Shown: positions 50,062 to 60,207, counted from the stretch's first letter. The stretch: 64,000 nucleotides of DNA from Candidatus Cloacimonadales bacterium (GCA_963662655.2 CAXXTU010000002.1:1664001-1728000); one strand, 5' to 3'. A program made the numbers and translations. The notes: a model not told the origin generated them from the letters alone.

Positions 50062-50804
50062 TGAACGGCATCCACATCGAGAATATCGTCAAGACCTATC
50101 GCAAGGCGACGGTTCCGGCCGTGAACAGGCTTTCGCTTCATATTCGCGAGCACGAGATTTACGGGCTCCTCGGACCGAACGGAGCGGGGAAAACCACTAC
50201 GCTTTCCATGCTTAGCGGGCTCCTCCGGCACGATGAAGGGCAATTCTATTACCAAAACGGCGATCGCAAGACCGACATCGCGAAGATGCGCGAAAAGCTG
50301 GGAGTCGTTCCGCAAAACATCGCGCTCTACCCCACGCTGACCGCCCGGGAGAACCTTTGGTTCTTCGGCTCGATGCACGGTGTTGAGCCAGGTGAACTTC
50401 GCCGGAGGATCGATGGGCTCCTCGAACTCATGGGGCTTGCATCCGTCGCTGAGAAACCGATGCGAACCTTCTCAGGAGGGATGAAGCGACGCCTCAACCT
50501 GATCGCGGGACTCTTGCACAATCCTGAGATATTGCTTCTGGACGAGCCGACTGCAGGTGTGGACGTGCAGTCGCGAAACGTGATCCTGGAATTCCTCGCC
50601 GGATTGAAGAAGCAGGGGACCACGGTGATTTACACGTCGCACTACCTCGATGAAGCGGAGAGGCTCTGCGATCACATTTGCATCATCGATCAGGGAAGAA
50701 GTATCGCAACGGGCTCCCCGAAGGAACTGCTCGCGGCAAACGCCGATTGCAGCGATCTCTACGACATCTTCCTGAAGATCACCGGCAAGGAATTGAGGGA
50801 CTGA
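50061..50804 (+). CDS. ABC exporter ATP-binding protein
   Basis: GPNGAGKTT, FSGGMKRR, LDEPTAGVD. Confidence 0.92.
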   Translation: MNGIHIENIVKTYRKATVPAVNRLSLHIREHEIYGLLGPNGAGKTTTLSMLSGLLRHDEGQFYYQNGDRKTDIAKMREKLGVVPQNIALYPTLTARENLWFFGSMHGVEPGELRRRIDGLLELMGLASVAEKPMRTFSGGMKRRLNLIAGLLHNPEILLLDEPTAGVDVQSRNVILEFLAGLKKQGTTVIYTSHYLDEAERLCDHICIIDQGRSIATGSPKELLAANADCSDLYDIFLKITGKELRD

Positions 50805-50805
50805 C

Positions 50806-52041
50806 ATGAGAAGGCTGCTCGAATCCACCCGTAAAGAACTTCTGATCCTGCTGAGAGACCCCGTGGGGATGCTGGTCATTTTCATCATGCCGCTTCTGTT
50901 TCTGCTCGTGATCACCCTGCTGCAAGACAACACCTTGAAATCGTTCCGCGAGACGAAGTTCAGCGCCGCGATCGTAAACCTGGATTCCGATTCCATTGGC
51001 GAGAAGCTTCATTGCGCCATGCGGAATTCGCGCTATTTCGAGATCGATTGCGATCATGGCCTCGCAGACGGACAAGCGTTACGGCAAGCGGTTCTCGACG
51101 AGAAATACAAGGTCGGTGTGATCATCCCCAAGGGATTCGACGACGCCATTCGCGCAAGGACGGAGGGAATCTTTCAGGATGCCGGCAATACCGTGGAAAT
51201 TCCGGAGATACAGATTGTCATCGATCCCATGATTTGGACATCGTTCCGCTACATCATCGAGCTCTCCATCGACAGGCTGGTGATGGAGATCGAGCGGGAA
51301 TCCATGCTTTCCGCTTCCACCGACATCCTCAGGCAAGTCGCCCCCGACGCGAAGATCGAGCTACCGGAGCCTGTACCGCTCTACAGCATCGGCTACGCGT
51401 CGCCCAATCCGGATATTCCGCCCAATTCCAGTCAGCAGAACGTACCTGCCTGGACGCTTTTCGCCATGTTCTTCATCGCGCTTCCCCTGGCGGGGAACCT
51501 TATCCGGGAACGCTCGGACGGTTGCTTCCAGCGGCTTCTGATCATCCCGGGAAGCATGACGTATTACCTTGGCGGCAAGTTCATCGTGTATATTGGCGTG
51601 TGTGTTGTTCAGTTCTGCCTGATGGCGCTCGTCGGGCTGTATCTGTTGCCCGTTCTCGGCGCTGGAGCGATTCACCTGGGGACACACCCCCTGGCGTTGA
51701 TTGTCACGATCGTCTCCGCGGCTGCCGCTGCCACGGCTTTCGGAATGCTTATCGGCGTGTTTGCCCGGACCTTCGAGCAGGCCTCCCTCGCCGGGGCTTT
51801 TTCCGTGGTGATTCTTTCAGCAATCGGCGGTATCATCGTCCCGGTTTACGCGATGCCGTCCTTCTTCCGCAAGATCGCTTTCCTCTCCCCGCTGAACTGG
51901 GGGCAGGAAGCTTTTCTCGCGATCTTCATTCGGGACGCTGGATTCCAACTGCTTCTACCGCAGTTCATTCCCCTGTGGATATTCTTCGGAATCGTATTCG
52001 CGGTATCGCTGTACAGGCTTCACCATACGAGAAATGATTGA
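50806..52041 (+). CDS. ABC-2 type permease
   Basis: KELLIL.RD, QNVPAWTLFAMFFI, GGI.VP...MP. Confidence 0.9.
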   Translation: MRRLLESTRKELLILLRDPVGMLVIFIMPLLFLLVITLLQDNTLKSFRETKFSAAIVNLDSDSIGEKLHCAMRNSRYFEIDCDHGLADGQALRQAVLDEKYKVGVIIPKGFDDAIRARTEGIFQDAGNTVEIPEIQIVIDPMIWTSFRYIIELSIDRLVMEIERESMLSASTDILRQVAPDAKIELPEPVPLYSIGYASPNPDIPPNSSQQNVPAWTLFAMFFIALPLAGNLIRERSDGCFQRLLIIPGSMTYYLGGKFIVYIGVCVVQFCLMALVGLYLLPVLGAGAIHLGTHPLALIVTIVSAAAAATAFGMLIGVFARTFEQASLAGAFSVVILSAIGGIIVPVYAMPSFFRKIAFLSPLNWGQEAFLAIFIRDAGFQLLLPQFIPLWIFFGIVFAVSLYRLHHTRND

Positions 52042-52085
52042 CGAACGTTTCATCACTTGTATAGTTGACATTCGGAGAAAAAAAC

Positions 52086-52358
52086 ATGAATAAAGATACC
52101 TTGATCCAAGAATTGAAAGAGATGATCGTCGAGGTGTGCAACCTCGTTGAAGTGGGTGTCGATGTCGATTCGATCGGCAACGACGACATCTTAATCGATC
52201 CCAACGGCGCGATCGGCCTGGATTCCCTCGACGCGGTGGAAATCGTTGCAGCAGTCGAGAAACGTTACGGCGTGAGAGTCTCCAACACGAACACATCCCT
52301 GAAAGTATTGCAATCCGTTAGCACCCTGGCGGATTATATCCTGGAGAACGGTAAGTAA
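52086..52358 (+). CDS. Acyl carrier protein (DarC-like)
   Basis: GLDSLDAVEI phosphopantetheine site; acidic, 90 aa. Confidence 0.9.
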   Translation: MNKDTLIQELKEMIVEVCNLVEVGVDVDSIGNDDILIDPNGAIGLDSLDAVEIVAAVEKRYGVRVSNTNTSLKVLQSVSTLADYILENGK

Positions 52359-52382
52359 TTCCCTTTTTATATTCGATAATAT

Positions 52383-52415
52383 GGGCATACTCAAACCGAT
52401 ATGCCCTTTTTCTTT
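52383..52415 (+). terminator. Intrinsic terminator after the ACP gene
   Basis: GGGCATA...TATGCCC followed by TTTTTCTTT. Confidence 0.7.
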
Positions 52416-52565
52416 GTGACCGCACGGGTTCGTCCTTGCACTTCCCTCCCCCCAATTCCATCTTCCTCGCTATCGCACCACGGAATATAGATTTTCATCC
52501 TTCACTTGACAAGAGATGACTTGAAAGCTCGAATGTAGTTTGAATAAATGTTTTCGGGAGGTCTT

Positions 52566-55500
52566 ATGATTATCGATTCCCGCTATGAGGTAATCGAACG
52601 AATGGGCACCGGACTTTGGGCAACCGTATACAAAGTTCAGGATATCAGAACAGGCAACATTTACGCGTTGAAACTCTTCCACAAACTCGATTCGGAGAGC
52701 TTTTACGAGCGGTTCTCGGCCGAAGATATGCACCACATCACCAAGCTGGAGCATCCCAACCTGCTTCAGGTGGTCAATTTCGGCAACATGGGCAAGCATA
52801 TCTACTACCTGAGCGAGTTTTGCGGCGGAAGATCGCTCAGCACATTCAAGTTCAAGAAATACAACATCGAGCTGCTGTACGACATCATCGTGCAGATATG
52901 CTACGCATTGAACGCGCTCCACCTTCAGGACATTGTACATAAGGATCTCAAGCCCGAAAACATCATGTACAATATCGTCCGCAACAAGCCTGTCGTGAAG
53001 GTGCTCGACTTCGGTTTCGCCAAGATCGATTTCCAGAAAAGCCAGCAGACCATCAGCGGCAGCCTTCCCTACGTGGCTCCGGAAATATACCTCGGAAAGG
53101 GCGCGCAGTTCGCCAGCGATTATTATTCTCTCGGCGTTACGCTGTATAAAATTACTACGGGAATGCACCCGTTCTCCGTGGAGCAGATCACCAACCTCAT
53201 TCAGGGCAATCAACAGACTTTCATCCCGAAGTTCCCGCGCGAACTCAACCGCGACATCCCGCCACAGCTCGAGAAATTTATTCTCACGCTTCTCGAAAAA
53301 AATCCCAGCGACCGTTACCCCGATATCGAGAGCATTATCTCGTACATCAACCGCATCCAGTTGAAGACCTATCCCTTCTCGCAGCGGCGATCCGCGGTGA
53401 CCATGCTCAAATTCCGCAGCTACTTCGTTCGCGAAACCCATGCGCATCAGCTTCTGGACTACATTCCGCTCATCTCGGCAGGCAACGGGAAACTCGTCGT
53501 TGTGATCGGCGGCGACGGCATTGGAAAAAATAACATGCTTTCCCTTTTCCGGTATCACCTGCTCACCGACGACTTTTTTATCTTCGATTACGAATGCAGC
53601 GCCACCAACAAGGATCCATTCTTCGCGCTGGTGAAGGAATTCTACTTCTCCATGACAACCAACGAGAAGCTTTCAGCCGACCTCAAGAACATCTCCGAGA
53701 AGATGAGAAAATACCTCTTCGAGTCCGAGGAATCAGCCGAAAACGTTTCCGAAAACAAGGACGAGCTCAAGATCGATTTCAACTCGACCCGTAATTTCCT
53801 CTTCCACCTCTCGGAAGAGAAACCGCTCATCTACATCATTCGGGCAGGACAGTTCCTCACACGTGAGACCATAGATTTCGTTAATTCCATCTCCAAGGAC
53901 ATGATCGAACGCAAAATCCTGTTCATCATCAGCGTCGACGATCCCAGCAAGGTCAATGGGCTCATACACTCCATTCAGTTCCGCATCGAGCCTTTCTCGA
54001 AGCAGCAAACGATCGAGTATGTACAGAAGCTGGTTCAGACAAAGGTTCCGGAAGACTTCGCGGAGTTTATCTGGAAGCGAACCAGCGGTATTCCGGTCTT
54101 CATTCGCGATATCCTGATCGACCTCACAGAGAAAAAGGACATCTGGAAACGCGGAAAATTCCATTTGGATCAAGTCTCCCAGGATTACGAACTACCGAAA
54201 CACCTGCTTCACTCGGTTTTCAACCGCATGGGACACCTGACGCAGGAGGTCTATTCGTATCTGCAGAAGCTCTCCGTGCTCCAGACTCCCATATCGAAGC
54301 CCCTCGCCCAGATGATTCTGGACATCGACGAGAAGACATTCTTCTTCATGATCCACGACGCCCTGAACAACGAAGTCCTGGTCGTTCGCGACGAGTACTA
54401 CTACTTTGCGTTCGATGAATCGCAGAAGAGACTTCGCGAGGAATGCGACAAGAAGACGGTCAAAGCAATATCCAAAAAAGTGTTGGAGTTTTTCGACGAC
54501 AAAGAGATTACGCAAGTAAGTATATGCCGTGGAGTTATCAAGAACGCCATCCTGGCGGACAACTACAGCGCGGTTCGCAAATACAAGCTCCGCCTGATCA
54601 AGATATACAATCGATACTACATGCAAGACGAGGCGTTCAACGAAATCAGCGAAGTGATTTCCATCGATTTCTCGGAGAAAGTCAAGCTTAGCCGGAAAGA
54701 CATCATGCACGACCTCTCCGTATTCTCCGAAAAGGCGGAACTCACCGGCTTGATCCAGAAAGCGCTCGAGAGGATCGAATCGATCGACGATCTGCCGGAT
54801 ATCTTCGAGAAGTACTACATTCGCGGCAGCTTCTACGTGGCGCTGGACAAATACCAATCGGCGCGCGAGCAATTCGAGATCGCGCTGAACAAGTCCATCA
54901 CCGGCAAGCAAAGGATGATGGCGGTGATCGGCATTATCTGGAGCTCGTTCCGCCTGAGCGACCTCGAGACATCCACCCAGTACCTGCAGATGTACGACAG
55001 CGTCTTCATGACACCCGACCTGCGTGTGTGGTTCATGGACAGGAAAGCGCTTGTCATGGGATCCTCCGGCCGCCCGAACGAGGCAATCACGATGGTGGAG
55101 GAATTCATCTCCAGCCTGGAAATGAACGACGACACTAACTTCCTGGTACGGCTCGGTTCGCTGTACAACAACCTCGCCTTCCTCTACATCAGCCAGAAAT
55201 CCATCGAGGAGGCGAACAAGAATTTCCACAAGGCGCGAGAGATATGGGAAAAGGTTAACTACGTCCGCTCGCTCGGCCTTGTCTATAACAACATCGGCGA
55301 CCTCGCGCTTCGACAAGGCGACACCCAGACAGCCTTCGAGTACTTCACGCAAGCGCTCGATATCTGCGAGAAAGTTGATCAGAAGCGCGGCCAGGTCCTC
55401 GCGTTCGTCAATTTCGGCGAGGCGTACATCAAGATCGGCGAGTTCCAGAAAGCCGAGGCTTCCCTGAACCGCGCAAAGAAAATCAACGCGGAGATCGAGA

Positions 55501-58043
55501 GTGTTGAGTACACCGACTCCATCAATAACAACCTCGCACTCGCCAAGAGCAAGATCAAGGGATTCGGGCATTTTTACAGATTCATCGAGCATACCTGCCC
55601 CGAATTGATCGAAGGAAAAATCGAAAACTTCAATCCGCTGGTAAAGTCCTATTTCTACTATCTCTATCAAATAGGCAACGTCAGCCATATCAACCAGATA
55701 ATTCAAAACAACACGTTTCTGGACTTCGAGAAGCTGCATGAGGAGGAATTCCAGTACCACCTGATCGGACTTCGCTTCATGATCGTAGGCAACTGGAAGG
55801 AAGCCCTTGTCAACCTCCACAAGGCGAAATCGTACTCCGAGCGCAACAAGAGCGCATTTGCCCAGGCGATCCTCAACATCCGCGAAGCCGAGTGCTACAT
55901 TGGCCTCAAGATGGCCGAAGACGCCTCCAACGCGCTCGACAGAGCCCAGGTGATGGCTGAGAAGCACTCCTTTAGCTATTGGCAAAACGCAGTTGACGTT
56001 TTCCGCTGCGATGTCGATCTCCTGATCAGCAGCATACCGCTCCGCAAGGTCTTGAGAAACTTGCTGTTGCTGCTGGAAAAGGCGAGAGGACGCGAATTGT
56101 TCCTGATGGAGATCGCCATCCTGAAGCGTCTTTGCAAAATATACGCGGAACTCAAGGCGGAGAGCAGGACCAGAGATTACCTCAAGCAACTGCATGAAGC
56201 CGTCAACAATGCCGTTGACGGTCTCCCGGAAGGAGACGCACGCCTTTTCCATTTGAACACGTTTTCAGACCAGAAAGAGGATGGCGAAGTCAAATCAGTT
56301 TACATCGAATCCAGGAAGAGATTTTTCAAAGACGGATGGCAGGAGATGCTTTACGACCTCTTCAAGCTGAACGAGATCGACCGGATGAAGTTCTTCATCG
56401 ACAAAACCATCACGAATCTGCTCGCCCCGGCATCGTACGCGATCGTCCTCTCCGAGGACTGGCAGAACCGCGGGAAACCTTTCCTCTCCTACAACATGGA
56501 CGAAGAATACCTGTTCGGTACCGACCTCGATCCTATCGTCGATAAGGCCGTTGCCGAGAACCGCATCATCAGTCGCTTCATCAACGGCGCGCACACGGTA
56601 ATCGTACCGCTCAGAATCAGGTCGACCCACGTTGGCTGTTTCATCATCGCGGATGAAGGCGAAATGGAATTCAAGGGTATAGAGATGCGGATGGTCAAAG
56701 CGCTGAAGCTTCATCTTACCTCCATTCTCATGCGCATCAAGGAGTACGGCGAACTGAGCCAGAAGATGAGCATGCTCCAGCAATTGATGCAGGTGGAGCA
56801 GGAACTGTTCTCGATATACGACATCAACAAGCTCGAAACGGAGATCGTGTCGTTCGCAATCAATTTCACGCGGTACAGTCGCGGATTCCTGATAAAGAAG
56901 GACGAGTACGGAAACTACGTCTATCAGGTCGCGATGGACGATAAAAACCAGATTCTATCGGAGTGGGTGAACATCAGTAAAACGCTGCTCAGCGAAGTCC
57001 AGATGACCAAGGAACCCATATTCACCATCAACGCGATGGTGGACAACACCTTCAAGAACTCCATCAGCGTTCAGGACTACCAGCTCCACTCCATATACTG
57101 CGCCCCAATCTACGTCGACAACGAGCTCCACGGATTCCTCTATCTGGACAACTACAATTCCTCGCGCAAGGAGTTGCCGCTCAACAAGGATTTCATGCGG
57201 ATCCTTTTGATCCAGATATCGATCGCGCTGAAGAACGCCAAACAGTACGACGCGCTCATGAAGAAAAACCTGGAGCTCCACACGCTCGACACGGTGAAGG
57301 ATAACTTCATAGCCATCGTTTCTCACGAGCTCAATACGCCGCTCGTCTCGCTACAGGGTTACGTGAACAGGTTGCGCAAGGAGATCGACTGGAAGGACGA
57401 CGAGCAAAGTAAAAACCTCTCTCGCGTCGAGGACAGCGTTCACAAGCTCCTCTCCACCACCAAGGACATCGTCACGCTGAACAAATACAGCATGATCTCC
57501 TCCATTCCGAAGGAACCCACGGAAATCAAGCCTCTGATGGAAGAAATCGCGAAGAAAGCGGAACTCGTCTCCATCAAGCGTCACATGAACATCCAGCTCG
57601 AGATTCCCGAGGACCTTCCGCGCGTGGAACTCAACTGGGAAGCTTGCGACTTGATGGTCTACAATCTCGTTCTGAATTCGATACGCTTCACGAAAGACTT
57701 CGGAAAGATCGTGATCGGCGCACGGCACTCGGCTTTCCCAAGAGAGAAGATCGACGACAGGCCCTCCATCGTGTTCTACGTGCAGGATAATGGAATGGGG
57801 ATACCCGCTCACGAGCAGGAGAACATCTTCAAGAAATTTTACGAGGTCAACGACCTGTGGTCGCACAAATCGGGATTTGTCGAGTATCGCTCCAGCGGCT
57901 TGGGATTGGGACTCGCCACCACGAAGAGGATTTCCGAGCTTCACGATGGCAAAATATGGCTGAAGAGCAAGGAAGGGGAAGGAACTACCGTTTTTATCGC
58001 CATTCCGCTCGCAGGAAGTAAGAGAATCGTAAAAGGGAAATAA
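52566..58043 (+). CDS. Hybrid Ser/Thr kinase - STAND-like ATPase - TPR - GAF - histidine kinase
   Basis: YALK, HKDLKPEN, DFG, YVAPE; GGDGIGKN; TPRs (YNNLA/YNNIG); GAF (SIYCAPI); SHELNTPL, DNGMGI, GLGLGL. Confidence 0.92.
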   Translation: MIIDSRYEVIERMGTGLWATVYKVQDIRTGNIYALKLFHKLDSESFYERFSAEDMHHITKLEHPNLLQVVNFGNMGKHIYYLSEFCGGRSLSTFKFKKYNIELLYDIIVQICYALNALHLQDIVHKDLKPENIMYNIVRNKPVVKVLDFGFAKIDFQKSQQTISGSLPYVAPEIYLGKGAQFASDYYSLGVTLYKITTGMHPFSVEQITNLIQGNQQTFIPKFPRELNRDIPPQLEKFILTLLEKNPSDRYPDIESIISYINRIQLKTYPFSQRRSAVTMLKFRSYFVRETHAHQLLDYIPLISAGNGKLVVVIGGDGIGKNNMLSLFRYHLLTDDFFIFDYECSATNKDPFFALVKEFYFSMTTNEKLSADLKNISEKMRKYLFESEESAENVSENKDELKIDFNSTRNFLFHLSEEKPLIYIIRAGQFLTRETIDFVNSISKDMIERKILFIISVDDPSKVNGLIHSIQFRIEPFSKQQTIEYVQKLVQTKVPEDFAEFIWKRTSGIPVFIRDILIDLTEKKDIWKRGKFHLDQVSQDYELPKHLLHSVFNRMGHLTQEVYSYLQKLSVLQTPISKPLAQMILDIDEKTFFFMIHDALNNEVLVVRDEYYYFAFDESQKRLREECDKKTVKAISKKVLEFFDDKEITQVSICRGVIKNAILADNYSAVRKYKLRLIKIYNRYYMQDEAFNEISEVISIDFSEKVKLSRKDIMHDLSVFSEKAELTGLIQKALERIESIDDLPDIFEKYYIRGSFYVALDKYQSAREQFEIALNKSITGKQRMMAVIGIIWSSFRLSDLETSTQYLQMYDSVFMTPDLRVWFMDRKALVMGSSGRPNEAITMVEEFISSLEMNDDTNFLVRLGSLYNNLAFLYISQKSIEEANKNFHKAREIWEKVNYVRSLGLVYNNIGDLALRQGDTQTAFEYFTQALDICEKVDQKRGQVLAFVNFGEAYIKIGEFQKAEASLNRAKKINAEIESVEYTDSINNNLALAKSKIKGFGHFYRFIEHTCPELIEGKIENFNPLVKSYFYYLYQIGNVSHINQIIQNNTFLDFEKLHEEEFQYHLIGLRFMIVGNWKEALVNLHKAKSYSERNKSAFAQAILNIREAECYIGLKMAEDASNALDRAQVMAEKHSFSYWQNAVDVFRCDVDLLISSIPLRKVLRNLLLLLEKARGRELFLMEIAILKRLCKIYAELKAESRTRDYLKQLHEAVNNAVDGLPEGDARLFHLNTFSDQKEDGEVKSVYIESRKRFFKDGWQEMLYDLFKLNEIDRMKFFIDKTITNLLAPASYAIVLSEDWQNRGKPFLSYNMDEEYLFGTDLDPIVDKAVAENRIISRFINGAHTVIVPLRIRSTHVGCFIIADEGEMEFKGIEMRMVKALKLHLTSILMRIKEYGELSQKMSMLQQLMQVEQELFSIYDINKLETEIVSFAINFTRYSRGFLIKKDEYGNYVYQVAMDDKNQILSEWVNISKTLLSEVQMTKEPIFTINAMVDNTFKNSISVQDYQLHSIYCAPIYVDNELHGFLYLDNYNSSRKELPLNKDFMRILLIQISIALKNAKQYDALMKKNLELHTLDTVKDNFIAIVSHELNTPLVSLQGYVNRLRKEIDWKDDEQSKNLSRVEDSVHKLLSTTKDIVTLNKYSMISSIPKEPTEIKPLMEEIAKKAELVSIKRHMNIQLEIPEDLPRVELNWEACDLMVYNLVLNSIRFTKDFGKIVIGARHSAFPREKIDDRPSIVFYVQDNGMGIPAHEQENIFKKFYEVNDLWSHKSGFVEYRSSGLGLGLATTKRISELHDGKIWLKSKEGEGTTVFIAIPLAGSKRIVKGK

Positions 58044-58050
58044 ATTTCAG

Positions 58051-58659
58051 CTATTCCGGCAGAGCGATGTATCCCTGGATATGGTGGTCCATCGCTCTTT
58101 CTTTGAGCTCCGTCCGCCTCCCGCTCGCGCCGTCGGACAGCGTGAACACCACATTGCCTTCTGCCGAGAATAGAACGTTCTTCGCGAAATTCACCTCAAC
58201 TACCACCCCGATATGGCAGAAATCCTTCTGTCCCTCGAGAAGCTGTCGGAACACCACCAGATCCCCCGCGACTGGCCGATAAGCTTTTGCATCGCGCCAA
58301 AACAGGTTTCCGGGCAGAATCGCCCAATCGTACCACGCACGAACAAGCGCGAGGGTTGGATGATTCGGGATCGGTTGATAGGGAATTGCGTACCCTGCCT
58401 GTCGGGTACAATAGTGGACAAACACCCCGCACCAGGCAAAGCCACTTTCACAATTGCTGAATTGCTCTGTATTGCCGTTCCTGTTCAGCAATACCCTGAA
58501 CGGAGCAAGATACTTCTCGATCGCTTCACCATAGTTGCCCGGCATGATCGCCTGATAATTTTGCATGGCTTCATGTCGTGCGATTTCTATTAACCTTTTC
58601 CTCATACCCGCCAAAAGTCTTTCGCGCTGACCTGTGTCAAGACGTTTACAAGCTTCCAT
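58051..58659 (-). CDS. CHAP/NlpC-P60-like amidase; start adjoins an IS insertion
   Basis: AWCGVFV (Cys), P..GDLVVF, HIGVV (His), EGN. Confidence 0.8.
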   Translation of the reverse strand: MEACKRLDTGQRERLLAGMRKRLIEIARHEAMQNYQAIMPGNYGEAIEKYLAPFRVLLNRNGNTEQFSNCESGFAWCGVFVHYCTRQAGYAIPYQPIPNHPTLALVRAWYDWAILPGNLFWRDAKAYRPVAGDLVVFRQLLEGQKDFCHIGVVVEVNFAKNVLFSAEGNVVFTLSDGASGRRTELKERAMDHHIQGYIALPE

Positions 58660-58731
58660 AGGAGAGATAACCCCAAATCGGGAGCGAGCGTCCGTTCTGC
58701 CAAAGGGGTGTCATTTTATACCCCCAATTTT

Positions 58732-60021
58732 TCATACGAACCTGACCTTGAGCTGTAAATGCTCTTTCCACCTTCCTTTATCGGGCTTTATCCAGTACCA
58801 GTCAAACCATCGGAAACACTCCGAAATGACGTAGGTTAACCTGTAGTAAATGAAGTAACCTCGGCGCTTCCAGTCACTTTTCCGTTCGATAAACGCCGAC
58901 ATCATAATCGATTGTAATCCGGGCACATCCGTAATCATCGAGTAAAGAAAACATACAGCGAGCCAGAAGATCGCATTCAGATTTTTCAGCCTGTGGTACT
59001 GCAAAAGGCGAATTTGCTCCCATCCGAAATCTTGCTTGAGTTGCCGGTGCATTTCTTCGACTTTCCATCTCGCACGGTAACTTGTGAGGGTGAACTCGAC
59101 GATCTTTCTTGCGTCCCAGTCACGTCCCGGAAAGTCGCACAAACAGTAAAAGAAACCGCCCTCTTCTCCATCGTGGTATCGCGCGACTACAAGCCACCCT
59201 TCCACCGTCTCCGGATTCTTTACAGGATGAGGATTCAGACGTATCTTGACGCGCTTCAGCCCAGCACGGAAATGATGTCCCGCATTCCAAAAATCCATGG
59301 TCAATTTCACTGACTTGCAGACACGCAGAAAGTCTTTTTCTTCAGCATCCTCGTCTATCAAATTGCGCGTACCTTTACTGCGAATAATGAACGAGTTTCC
59401 ATTGGCGTGGAAATGTCCGATCAACGAACGAATATCGTACCATCGATCCAACACGAAAACGCCACGATTGTTGCTATGGATCGTTATTTCATCGATTTGA
59501 TCACGTGTAACCGTTGAACGGGTATCATGCTCGATTTTGCTACTGTATATCTTGCTGCAAAGCGGAACGATCGAATGATTTGAAGGCGTCCCGACCAGGG
59601 CGACAGCATTGATCAAATGATAGCCTGACTCTGTTTTGTTGGCACTGGCGTCTCGTATCTTTTCCAGGCCTTCCATACGAGTTGCGTAAGGCTTGACGAT
59701 ATCGCTTTCGTCGATAAAGATCAGGCTGTCTCGTTCGAGCCGACGACTTTGCGAAGCTAACAGAATATCATGGATATCCGATGCTAAATCTTCTTGATCG
59801 AGATGTCGGTATAAGCGTCCACTGGTCTTGCGTAATGGGATTTGTTCATGTAGCGAACGGGCTGCCTGGCGTACGATTACGCTTTGACTGGCGAGAATAC
59901 CTTTCGTCATTTGTTTCAAGAAGTTGAAGCGTGGAACACTGAGTTCCGCCTTGTACTTGCGCATGAAATTGTGAAATTTTCCTTGCATCTGGTGGAACTG
60001 CTGCTTAAGTTGACCTTGCAT
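58732..60021 (-). CDS. DDE transposase (IS4-like)
   Basis: IDESDIVKP, VLDRWYD, YRARWKVEEMHRQLK = Y-x2-R-x3-E-x6-K signature. Confidence 0.92.
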   Translation of the reverse strand: MQGQLKQQFHQMQGKFHNFMRKYKAELSVPRFNFLKQMTKGILASQSVIVRQAARSLHEQIPLRKTSGRLYRHLDQEDLASDIHDILLASQSRRLERDSLIFIDESDIVKPYATRMEGLEKIRDASANKTESGYHLINAVALVGTPSNHSIVPLCSKIYSSKIEHDTRSTVTRDQIDEITIHSNNRGVFVLDRWYDIRSLIGHFHANGNSFIIRSKGTRNLIDEDAEEKDFLRVCKSVKLTMDFWNAGHHFRAGLKRVKIRLNPHPVKNPETVEGWLVVARYHDGEEGGFFYCLCDFPGRDWDARKIVEFTLTSYRARWKVEEMHRQLKQDFGWEQIRLLQYHRLKNLNAIFWLAVCFLYSMITDVPGLQSIMMSAFIERKSDWKRRGYFIYYRLTYVISECFRWFDWYWIKPDKGRWKEHLQLKVRFV

Positions 60022-60024
60022 ATT

Positions 60025-60071
60025 GGCTCCTTTGTTAGTTTTTTGGTCGAAACTATTTTGGCAAAGGAGCC
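60025..60071 (-). promoter_or_regulatory. Hairpin sequestering the transposase SD
   Basis: GGCTCCTTTG/CAAAGGAGCC 10 bp inverted repeat; its 3' arm contains AAGGAG a few nt before the ATG. Confidence 0.7.
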
Positions 60072-60207
60072 TTTTTTCACAATCTATTTCTTCTCAAATC
60101 CGCTAATAATAACATGTCTCCAGCTTTTGCCTAAATCTTTTTGGGGGTATTCCTGGTTTACAAGCTTCCATAGCAAATCCCGGCCTCGAGGCGTGAGCAA
60201 ATTCGTT

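Larger units (their letters stand above)
58662..60155 (-). mobile_element. IS4-superfamily insertion sequence (~1.5 kb)
   Basis: Flanked by the exact 18 bp direct repeat GTTTACAAGCTTCCATAG (58644-58661 and 60156-60173); 16 bp terminal IRs match at 12/16 positions. Confidence 0.88.

Noticed and set aside
54192..56252. 686 aa minus ORF
   Set aside because: Antisense shadow of the giant hybrid kinase
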